This document shows positions 39,075-50,650 of a stretch of 64,000 nucleotides of DNA, piece after piece (the stretch's first letter is position 1; each line of letters starts with the position of its first letter). Source of the stretch: Oculina patagonica (Eukaryota); assembly GCF_052425735.1 (NCBI RefSeq), contig NC_135770.1, positions 12,710,001 through 12,774,000 on the forward strand, written 5' to 3'. The notes below the pieces were generated by a model that saw nothing but the letters and a program-made list of their open reading frames with translations, made no database searches and was not told the DNA's origin. The translations under genes and the position numbers were made by a program.

Positions 39075-42000
39075 TTATGGCTGAAAGACACGAATAACCC
39101 CGGTAAAAGTCTGCCGGCATACTGGGCAAATGCCTTGATCAGCTTTTAGAGTGTCAGCACATGCTGAACAAACGCACAAATGATGGCATGGGACCAACAG
39201 ACTGTCTCTAGCACTGTCCATGCACACCACGCACTCATTCTGAGGACCTGCTGACACAAGAGGAAAAAAGGACAGTTGAATTAAACTTTACACTGAAGTA
39301 AACTGGTATGTACATGTATCATGAATGTAATCTATTTTATGACAGATATGGCACGTGTATTATGAATCCACTAACCACACCCTTTTACCAAAATGTTTCG
39401 TTAATTACCATTAAAATGACTGAAACACAAACCATCCTAGTTCGCATGAACACTGTGGTCCATTTAAACGAAACGATATCAAGTACCACAACAGATTTTT
39501 CGTATAACATAAAAGATTTCTCTGGCTTCGACTACACATTTGCACTACATTTTCGACAGTTAACTTCTATCGTTTGACATTTGAAGACTTCAGCTAGAAA
39601 AGTCAAAATTACTGGGCAGTTATTGTCTTGATACAAGTATACTTCAAAATTCTCAGAACTCACATTGAGAGAATGCATAAAAAAATCAGTAAGACGAATC
39701 AGAACATTGAGGGTATCCGGTCACATCGTTCCAAGGTTACTTCGTTCCAAGTCACATCGTTCCAACTTTCGGTCAGATCGTTCCAAAAAAAAAGTCACTT
39801 CGTTCCAACTAAAAGTTACTTCGATCGTTCCAAAATAAAACATCTAATAAAGAAATAAGATTAATTAATAAAGGGTATTACACGCAACAAAAGCAGTCGC
39901 ATATAAAACCACGCGCAGTGTGTGAAAACGCTATATAGTTTACGGTCGATTTTGTTAAGTTAGTTTTACGTTTATTTTAACCATAACAGGATTCAAATAC
40001 TTTTTCTAAGGCTCAAGGCAACCAATTTGATTTATTCTTTCTCATTTTAAGCCACGCGAAGTGCGAAAAAAAGAGCCGCGCTACCGCGAGCCAGAAAAAA
40101 TCTGATGTGGGAGAAGAGGGAGCCAAAGCGACTATCTTCACAGGGTTGTTGGAAGTGAAAAAGGGCGGGATCGAATTTTCCACGAGCACTATAGTTGGAA
40201 GAACTTTAGTTGGAACGAAGGACTTTTTTTGGAACGATCTGACCGAAAGTGGAAGATTGTCTGGAAGAAGTAACCTTGGAACGATGTGACCGCAATTCAC
40301 ATTGAGCCATACCTTCAGCTGCTGCAGATTCTGGATGTTGCTCTGTTGGTACATGTCCTGCACTACCATGCTGATGGCCAAGGTATGAACCAACCCCTCC
40401 ATAGCCGAGGCTTGGCAGCTGGCTATGAGGTGCATGACCATCCTGTAACAGAGTTCTTAGCCTGTCTCTGTGAGCTGGGATTAGAAAATGCAAATAAACT
40501 AAGAAACTAAGATCAAAGCTGGTAATTACACCCATATGCATATTTTCGTAAATGGAAAGAAAGTTGTGGAAAGAATGTCGTTTGTCACCATCTCATTCTA
40601 TGATTGCGCTGTTGGTAATTTTTGGGTCATGTCTCTTGTTGGAATTTACCCTGAAAGAGTCCCAGTAATGATCAGTGTAAACAATTCGTTTCCATGCTTC
40701 ACTTCAAACTTCCACTTTTCAAATGAAGTCCAATGAATGTCCAGTACTCAAAGACTTCACCCAATATATATATATATATGTTATATGTTATGCCGGGAGG
40801 TCCGCATTGGGAAAAACTGTACCCTCGGTCTTGAGTACGGCCCAAGATCTGCGGCCTCGGGCCGTGTTTAAGACCGAGGGTACAGATTTTCCCAATACGG
40901 ACCGATCTAGGCCGGCATATAATGTTTTTATTTTTTTCCTACTTTAATTTGTTTGGAAAAGAAACCGATAAAAAATGTGTCGCAAAATCTTTGTGTACAC
41001 GCGGATTTAATTTCAAAGTTGAGTCCGACTCGATCGACAAGCAAGAGTGAAGATTTCTGTTTGCCATCTAATTCCGAAGAAAATACCTTTGCTTAAAATG
41101 AATCGTACTCAAAAAAGGTTCGGCATATTTAATTTACACTGTACAGAGAATCAAGAAAAGCAAATGAAGTCATAAAAATGGCACAAATATGCCACAAAAC
41201 TTAACACATGAAATCGATTTTGGCTTTCCGAACAATTCCCGATATTAAAATGTTTTGAAAGTCTTGAAAGAAACTTTGCTCGCAGGGTGTTAATCTTATT
41301 TCTCTGACTCCAAAATACTCTTTGACTGAAAAGCAGTTTTACAAGCTATTCACACTCGTATTTAAAACAAATTTAACTCGTTAGACCGAAGCTACAATTA
41401 CCTACAAAATGATTTCGCGCCGTGAGCGGTCCGTACGTGGGATCCGGATGGGAAAATCCGGACCGCTGGAGCAAGTGCAATAAGCCAATCAGGTTCAAGG
41501 ATTAAGGATTCCGGACCGCTCAGATGCTTGAGAAAAAAAATAATTTATTTCATTTGCATGCAATAGAGATGTGAGAATTTGCATAGAATGACTTGCAGGT
41601 TTTCCAGTATTTGTATACATAATTATCAATGTGGATGGTATGCACACACCATTACTTCACCTAATATTTTTCATCACTCGTTTTTCTGGACCAAGGTGAG
41701 TTGTTTCGGTATTCTCAGGGAGTTGAAAGGGGAGGGGGAGGTGAAGAGAAAATATATTAAAAAAAATAATGGTGTTGACTGTACAACTGAAAAATTAAAT
41801 TTAGTAAATCATTGTACATACTAGGTCATTTTTTTTGACTATTGAATTAAGTTTAGTGAAAAAACTGTCAATTTTCATGTGCTAGAGTGACATGTCAAGC
41901 AAGACAAATAACACTCTTTACTGTTAGCAGTTCTTTCAGTCTGATACTAACGGCAGATTGTAAGATTCTAGCTCCGTGAATTATATTTTATTCCCAGCAA

Positions 42001-45000
42001 GCCTATCCCTACCTCTCTTTCTGGCTTCAACTTGTGCATGACTCAGAACAAGAGGTGTGTTTCCAGAGCGAAAGAAGAGTGTTTTACCCATTCCTTCTAA
42101 GATTTGTCGCACTAGAAACGAGACACAAGCTTATGTTTAGTAGAGGTCAACCTCAATAATTATGTACACATGTATGTACACAATAAAAGTTATAAATTTT
42201 CGGTGAGTACCCCTTCACCGGGATATATAGCATCATATCCATAGTTTAATCGCAAATGTTTTGAACTTCAAGAGAAAAAGTAACTGCTCTCTTGGTATGG
42301 GAGAGCAGAGTAATATTTGAATACCATAGACATAAAGAGAAAGAAAAGCTATAGAGCTGGAATAAGTATATATGAGCTCACCCAGATTAGGAGACATGTT
42401 TTATCTAAAGTCTATTAATGTACACAATTCAGAACACAAATTCACTGATTCATAAATTTACAAATTCAGTATTCAGGTAATATATGATCAGCTCAATTTG
42501 ACTGTCTGCAAAAATATAATATGTTCAATGTCTTAAACTAATGCAGTCAGAAAGGCAAAACCTAAAATAGATGACTGACCTTTTTGTATAGAATCCTGAC
42601 TAGTTTGCCTGGCTAATGTGATCTCAACTTCAGGGATTCCATATACAGGATAAAGGAATCGGATACCAATACAATGCTATTCAAAGAACATTAAAACAAC
42701 AAGAATTAAGTTGTAGCTGTATAGTAATTTTTAATGGAACTAGTGGTTCCCATTGCAATAAACAATAATTAACAATAGAGCTAGAACAGTTTCTGATTTA
42801 ATGTTGAATGAAATCCAAACTGCTTTGGTTTTGTTTCAGTGCAGTTTGCAACTGGCTTAAAAAAACTCTTGCTACCTATTTAAAGATGATTTCCAGTCCG
42901 TACTGCGCAATCCCGCCGAATGTTTGTGAGTCCACAAAAGAAGAATGTTACTAGCAAAAATAAAAATTCCGGAACAAAACTTACCTTTTCTTCATTATTA
43001 ATGCCAGATATCCGAAAAACAATAATGAGTAAAAGAAGCGACGGTATCACGGCGGCCATGTATTCTTGAACGAAACGATCCGTAGGCGAACTAAAAACTC
43101 AGTACGCTATCACCGAAGTGTACGTTCAACGAATTCAAAACAAAAATGAAAACATTCAAACCCTGTGTCTGCGCAGTATGGACTGGAAATCATCTTTAAC
43201 CAACTGGATGCAAAAAAAAAAAACAAAACCAATCAAACAATTTGGTCACATGCATTTTGCCTGTTCTTGGCATTGGTTACATGAATTTGCTTTAATTTCT
43301 TCACTATGACTTATTTCTCCACTATGACTGTAATTTTATGATTAGCGAGCATGGTGCTTTCTGGCAATGTGTGAGCTGTTGCCACTCTTACTTAGTCTGG
43401 ATGAAAGTAAAGAACAGCTACAACATCCATCAACAGTTGCCCAGTAGTCGTCTGACAGATGGCCATCGTTGTCTTGCAGACAATGGATGGCCTCGTTGTC
43501 TTGCAGACAATGGATGGCCTACAGAGAGCCAACAGTCAGACTGTCAGGGACCTGTCGGTAACTTGTCTGTGTCGACACACAACTGACTGTCAAATACAAG
43601 TGGGAGTTATTGTTCACAAACACAAAAGTTTCTGGCATTTTTTTGATACCTTGGCATAAAACCTAGAAGAATGACACACCTTTTTCAATTCTTTTCAACT
43701 ACTTTTTAAGGCAAAGGACGGCTTTGTAAAGGAGATGCTTATTCAAAGAGGGGGCAATTAATCCAGGATGGGCAAAGTAAGTCACGACTCTTACATTTGT
43801 ACCTCTGGATAAGCTGCCTTTGATGCAATATCACTGACATCGAGTTGAATTGTATTACTGGAGATAATAGTATCTTGTCCACAAATTCTTGATACACCTT
43901 TAAGTAAAATGCACAGGGCAGTACATATGTTAGAGAATTGTTGAAAAATGTACAGCACAGAGCCCAAAAGTGGGGCCACTTTTTAATAATTCACATTCTT
44001 TGGTAAAAATGTAAAAATGTTGTTTATAGTGGTCATGCAGTTAGTTTCATGTTTTGAAGAGATATGGTACCGGTAGTTACTAATTTACAGGTATGCCACT
44101 GGAACAGAGGAAACAAATATTTTAAATGAACATAACATAGTTTAAATTCCAACTGGCAGGAGACAGACCAGTTGGCTATATACAAAGCTTGACCGAAGAT
44201 TTGAACTCAGGATGGCCGAGAACAAAAATTCAGCTAGTGGCAGAGTGGATGGATTGAACCCGGGACCTCCAGATTACAACACCAGCACCCTAAACCACTT
44301 GGCCACACTGCCTCCCTGCTCTCCTCCTTGTGCAGTCATTATCCAATCAGAAGCCAAGAACAGCTTCCAGTTGACTTCTGATTGGATTAAATCTGCACAA
44401 AAGAATGTGAATCAATTAAAAATGGTGACCTTACATGCCCCCGCCCCCCCCCCCACCTTTTTGTATTTCTGAAATAAAAAAAAAATCAACTATGGATCAA
44501 TTTTTTTATCATCACGTCATGCACGGTATTTAACAGAAAAAGTTTAAATTATTACCTATCTCACATGCGACAGCAGCGACTCGAGGACCCAGAAGTGACC
44601 CCAAAACAGTAAAAACAGTAAACAAAACAATATACACAGAACAAAACATAAGGTACAACAGTCAATCCCAGGCCCACGACGAAGCGAGAGAGGACGCGGA
44701 GAGAAACAAAGGCGACGAAAGAGTGGAGAAACTAATGGACAAAATTAAACAAAAAACACTAAACATGAAGCTCAGACTTTAGAATAATCATATAAAACAC
44801 ATTGAGTTTCTTATTTTTTAAATTATCAGTACGATATTAAATTTCGCGATTAAACTCGCGTGCCTATTCGCGAGTATAAATTCGCATTTTAAAACGGAAA
44901 CGGAATTAGTACCGCGAAATTAAGTGAGAATAAGGTAGTCTACCTACTTTCAAAAAGATTCTGTTTCACATTTAGGTCTTCAAAAACTGCTTCGAAGACG

Positions 45001-45867
45001 AATCTTGCATTTCGGACACAATTTTCAAGGTCTTCAGTAAATGTGACAGTACCCTGAGAAGGGAGTAACCAAAGGTCTGTGTGTGTTAAAAAGTAGTTAG
45101 GTTATTTTATGGAAAGACCCTAATGACCTCAACTGTCTCCCCACTCCCCCTCCCTCCCAAATCTTCTGTAAGGGGAGACTCAGGGTTTGAGATATTTTAA
45201 TTTTTTTTTTTTTTCCGGCAAGGTATCAGTAAGGAATTTTAACAGCTCAAATTCCCAATGATCTCCGGACAGCAAGTAAATTATTTAAGTTTTCTATTAA
45301 CTTGTTGGATCAGGTTTTTGTTCCGAGACCCCTCTCTTATAATTTTGGAACTCTGGAACTCTCTTTATTTGGACCTCCCATGTTGAAGTGATGGGGACAC
45401 TTTTGGAATTCGAAGTTTTAAAAGGCGCCCCTAAAGGTTCCAGGATCTTGTTTTGTTAATTAGTGTGGTTAAAAAATTTAGTTTTACTGACGTTCATTTG
45501 TTGTATCAAACACAATGGGGCTTAATAAACCTTCTCATGCCTCCCTTAACTTACCACAAAGTTCCCAGTAATCATCCGTTCTTCTCGTCTGAGCTGTTCT
45601 TTGTGTTCTTCCAGTACATTTCTTGCTCTTTCAAGTGCTTGGTTACTTCGGTCATACACCTTCACACGATGTCCATGGTAAGCTAACTCGCCTAAAACAA
45701 GATAGCCACAGCTCAGGATAGTCAGGATAAGAATTCACATGGATCCGATCGATAACACATGAAAACGCTGGAAAACGTTGATTATGTTCTACGGTCGCTT
45801 TACCTGCAATGCATGTGCCCATTAAACCGGCTCCCAATACCGCCACTTCTTGTGCATCACGAAACAT
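39075..45867 (-). CDS. 3-hydroxyacyl-CoA dehydrogenase NAD-binding-domain (pseudoenzyme) fused to C-terminal RING-HC (~311 aa)
   Basis: Exons 45867-45804, 45691-45555, 45053-44948, 43897-43803, 42676-42580, 42111-42013, 40474-40313, 39250-39075, all GT-AG with matching phases. VAVLGAGLMG, VYDRS, FVFEAVFEDLNVK, SSNTI, PEHCIGIRFLYPV..EVEI, MGKT; RING ECVVCMD..PCHHLCVCSAC..CPVCRQ. Confidence 0.85.
39718..40292. mobile_element. MITE with modular TIRs built from GTCAC(A/T)TCGTTCCAA subrepeats
   Basis: CGGTCACATCGTTCCAAGGTTACTTC at the left and its reverse complement ending at 40292; lies 20 nt from a splice donor. Confidence 0.75.
40780..41540. repeat. Interspersed repeat with large terminal hairpin (possibly non-autonomous Crypton-type)
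   Basis: GGTCCG.ATTGGGAAAA.CTGTACCCTCGGTCTT ... AAGACCGAGGGTACAG.TTTTCCCAATACGGACC palindrome; AGCCAATCAG motif near the other end. Confidence 0.5.
44136..44315 (-). mobile_element. tRNA-derived SINE
   Basis: The reverse strand begins GGAGGCAGTGTGGCCAAGTGGTTTAGGGTGCTGG...CCCGGGTTCAATCC (A and B boxes). Confidence 0.65.
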
Positions 45868-48196
45868 TGCCACCCTTACCAATGGCTAAGTTCTTGAGAC
45901 TCGGAGTTCGTTAAGGCGGCCCTGACAAGTTTAGTTAGAGCTGCCATTTTCTGTACCCTGTTTACTAATATCTGGACGCCATGTTGTAGCCTCTTTTTGA
46001 TGTTGGGAAGGACAGTGCACAGGTCTACCACACTAAATATGCCACCTCACATTTCACAGGTCTACATCTTAAAAAAAAATATTCAGTACCCTGATCTGAC
46101 CTTATGCCTTTCTGGTCCCAAACACTAAGATTAGAAGCAGCAAGGGCTAAACGTTTTCCAGGAGCCTGTAACTCCTGACATCAAGTGCAACAAGGAATAG
46201 AAAATGGCTCCAAATAGACATCACTTTACTGTGTTTACTGGCTTCATCCCGCACCTGGGGGCAAGGAACCAAGCTTACTGTGTTTATTCTGTGGTGAGAT
46301 AGGGGCAGTAACTCTGAACAACAGGATAAAAATGGGTGGGAAGTGTTATTCCCAAGGTGAAGAGAAATGGGAAAAATTTGCAAAACATTTTGCAACGTCA
46401 CAAAAAAATAATATGTCACAATAGAAATGGGACCACCAAGAAGGAAGGGGCAGGATCATGGGTTCTTGGCGGGAAGCAGGAGTAAAAGGTATGGGGAGCA
46501 GTATGATCAGACCGCTGCCTCATTCCCCTCCTCACTAGTCTAGAACTGTCAATCTCCCTTGATAACTGTGAATGAATTGCCTGTGTACAGAAAAATCAGG
46601 GGAGGGGGACAGATGTACACAGGCTACTGGTATCAATGAACAGATCAACCACAAAAAAAAACTTAGATGTATAAAATTAAAAATGATCTCTCTCCCTCCT
46701 TTTAATGCATCTGTAGCAACTATACACCTGCATTAAATCCTTTTATTATCTTAAGCTATAATTTTTCCTATGAAATGTTTTCTTAATTATTATTAACTAT
46801 TGTAATCAAGCAAGCCTAATAATTTATTATAAGCTGTGTGGATTCCTAAATAATTCTTATGGTTAGTTTTCACTCTCATGAGGCTAGATATGAGGCTACA
46901 CGAGAGCTGACAAAAATAACAAGCAAAAACTTAAGTCAACTAGCACAAACATTTGAACAGGTTCAAATTCCACCCTGTTTTAATTATAGGCAGATTTCAG
47001 TGTCATTTGAGACAAATGATTAGCACATGTCAATTGACAAAATAATATGTGCTATCCAAGTAAGATAATAATTAACATATGATATAACAATTTAAATAAT
47101 TTATTATACTTTAAATAATTACATAGTTTCTCCTAAAATATGTTTAATAAATTACTACTATTTTTGAAGACTGATGCCCAATTATAATAAATTTTACAAT
47201 GTAAGTGATGGCCTGTTTAGAGCAGTTATCAGTCAAGTGTTGTAAAACACAAACCAAACCAAAGCAATAACAAGAACCCAACACTGTGGATGTAAACAAC
47301 ATGTTGTACTTAAAGCAAATGCAGTTAACTTGAACCAAGTGCTGGAAAATGTGGGTGATCAGTTCATGATTGGTCTTGGTTTTGCATCTGACTAGTTAAA
47401 GCGCTTTTTGATTGAGTGTTGAAATTAATTCATGTTTGCTTTGGTTTTGCATTACGTATGCTTAGTGATTGGTAAAAAACACACATGCCACTTTTTCAGC
47501 CAATCAAAAGTAAAACCAAAAGCAATTATCGTTATTTTCTTGTGCACATTAATCCCCATGCTTTTTGCTGGCTACATGTATTGGATCACTGCATTGTTAA
47601 TGGCATCCTTTGTGATTGGGCAGAGTTATTACTTTGGTTTTAGTTTTATGACACACGGTTGAAAACTGCTTTAATTAGCTAGTGAAAGTTTTTTAAAGCC
47701 ATTGTAGAGCATAGTTATGCAAAACTAAAGCAATTCCATAATCTTTCATCATTTAATTGAAAACCACTCAGTCTATATTTCAGAGTTTAAAGAATTCTAC
47801 AATTGTGAAGTGAAGCTTTTTAGTAACATAAGGAACATTGGTCGCAAACTGTACATGACTGTAAATTGCACACCGATGTGTGGAGATGAATGTGTTTATA
47901 CTTCAGCTGAACTTTGGTCTAAAAAAAATGGGAGCTATACAGACAATGAAAGGGATTGGTGCTAAAGAAAGCTTCACATGCAAAACTGTTGACATTGTTC
48001 CATCACTTTAGAAAGTAATTACATTAAATATTTATTTTGAACATTTTTGGCTATAAAATTAACCCAATAAATAATATAACTGGGAGACAGTTGTTGAATA
48101 AATTGAGAATTGTGTATACTTAATGAATATATTCTTCTGTAAAGAAAATCAAAAGTTATCATAAACTATTCCTCGGACAAGGAATTTGTCCTGTGT

Positions 48197-50650
48197 TTAA
48201 TCATCACTACCACTGTTATCACCATCAATTGGAGGAGCCTGTACTCCTTCAATGAAAAATTGCTCAGGAGAATCAATGGATTCACAATCAATCTGCTCAC
48301 TGTAGCCTACTGATTTATTCGGCACCAATAAATATTTTTGTTCATTATTAAGACTACTTGGGCCTGTATGTTCACAGGCATCAGTTTTCACTTCTGTTTC
48401 ATCCTCAACTGATTTAGACTTGTTGGTATCATGCTGTGACAAATGCATTATGCTACCCTCACTAGGAGGCCTTGGAGAGTTTGTCAAAAGCTGCTCTTTG
48501 TATCCAGAAAGCTCTGCAGAGATACTTGGATCATCAGAAGAACGCTGTTTTTTTTTTTTTCAGGAGCACACTGTTCTGTTGTTGCCTCTGTTACCATCCA
48601 AGCAGACTCATCCTCAGCAGCAGTTTCTGTGGATTCATTGATGCTTGGAGAGTTTGCCAAAAGCCACTCTTTGTATCCACTAAACTCTGCAGAGATATTT
48701 GGATCATGAGAATAAAAAGGAACATACTGTTCTTCTGCTTCCTTTGTTCCCATCAGAGTAGACTCATCATCAACAACAGTTTCTGTGGATTCAAGATCAG
48801 CCTGTGGACATTCTCTGGTACTTTCGTCAACTGTCTTGCCTGCTCCTCCGTCAATGCAGAAATCACTTATAGCACCCACTTCCATTTGGTCCTGTTCATT
48901 GGCATCAAATGAAAGGCGTCGGATGTTACCACTTAACATCTCATCCTCCCCACTGTAGTATGACCAGTTGAAAGGAAGCTCCTTGTCGGCAATCTCACCT
49001 TCATCTGGGTCAATAACCATGCTGTAGCTTTGAATGCTTGATGCACCTTCTATACCAGAGTCGTCATCACTTTCTGGGGGACCAAACAAGTTGAAGCTGT
49101 GAGAACGACTAGGAAGCAAATCTTCACTCATGTTACTGTCACCAAGTGTATAATCAGGGCTGCTGCTAGCACGTAATTTGGTAGGGTAAGACCTCAGTTT
49201 ATTTCTTTCTTTTGGCGTTATAGGCTTCTTGTCAAGGATTATCTCTTTACCTTTGAAGTAAGACAGAACAACAATCCTGTACGGCTTTACCCTCGCAAAA
49301 GGATTTCCAGAAACTGAAAGGTACTTTAAATGGGAACTCAAACACAACTTAGAAATTTCATGGACCACGCGGATTTGATTATGGCTGAGGTCCAATTCAA
49401 TGAGTCCTGTGAGACAGTCCAAGCCACTGACAGTCTCGAGATTGTTGTGACTAAGAATGAGGGATTTCAAGTGTGCCAACTCTCCAGGCATTCCCGTAAT
49501 GAAGTGAATGTTGTTGTGTGACAAATTTAAGCATTTAAGACTTGGGCAGCATAACTGCTGCAGATCCAAATGAACAAACTCATTATAGCTCATGTCCAGG
49601 TTTTGCAAGACGGGCAAAAGTTTAAGGGAGGTGTCAAACACTGCTAGTTTGTTGTGTGTTACGTTAAGATTTGTAAGCTGACACCAGGGCTGAACAACCA
49701 CTCGATTTTGCATCAACCTAGCTGTGGTGAGACCCCTCCATGACTCCACAGGGCCCTTGATCCTGGGCGCCAAACGTTTCTCTGCTGCGCAGTCAACAAG
49801 TAGTTCTTTCAATGTCGTCAAGCAGTATCTTGCTGTCAGATTTGTGATCTGAGCTTGAACTTTTGACAGGTTGTTGATTAAAGTCAGAGGGACAGCCATC
49901 AATGATCAGACAGTTCAGTGCCTTAAACAACGAAATATCAAACTCTAGGTGGCTAGATAGCTCCTGTGAAGTTGTAGCCTTGGTGACAATGCTACTTACA
50001 CAAAGTGATTTCAGCTGATATATAAAATCATAAAGACTTCCCAAATCTGCAGCATCAACATCATCCACCCCATTGGTTGGCTCTGGTAACTGCAACTGAC
50101 GGGTAATACAGTATAGCTGAGTGGGAACTAAAGTGAAACTTTCACCCTTCGCTAGCACGTCTTCGCCATTTTGAGCCAATTCCTTTGCCAGCGCTTTTGT
50201 TACCGACATAACATCATGCCGTTGAACTTCTAAAAACTCAACAATTTCAGGAGAACTTGACACATACGTGCTGCTGTTAACTAGTCGTTGTAGATAATGT
50301 TCTAAGGCAGCTTTTCGCTTCTCCAATACACACAGCGCCATATTCGACATGAATTTCTTCGGCGGTAGCATGTCTTTGGGAATGCCATAGAGGCTCACAA
50401 GTTTTTTGTGGAGTTCATTAAATTCACGGTACCTTCGAAACACAAACCAGTGGTTAGACTTGGTCATTACATCGATTTTGTAGAGTGCATGGGGAGAAGG
50501 AAAGCTTCTTTGCCAAACTTCCCTAATGACGACATGTTTGATTGCAGGCGACGAACCGTTATCACTTTCTGAAGTTAAACGACCACGGTCTTTCCTCCAT
50601 AAAGCACTCCCAGCTGGTGGAAGGAAGCCCTTCAATGAAGTCATTTTCAT
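48197..50650 (-). CDS. Nischarin-like PX-LRR protein, intronless coding region with two frameshifts (assembly error or pseudogene)
   Basis: PX domain (HWFVFRRYREF..LPPKK..LEKRKAALEHYLQ) and NISCH-like TQLYCITRQLQ and DLGSLYDF, then LRRs. Frame changes at GGG 49889-49891 and at the T13 run 48548-48560. Confidence 0.8.

Noticed and set aside
41660-41714. Extra exon in the dehydrogenase-RING gene
   Set aside because: Weak GAG acceptor and an in-frame stop; flanking exons already join in phase.
49880-49900. Programmed frameshift in the nischarin-like gene
   Set aside because: No slippery heptamer or clear stimulator; the window shows many very long homopolymers consistent with long-read indels.
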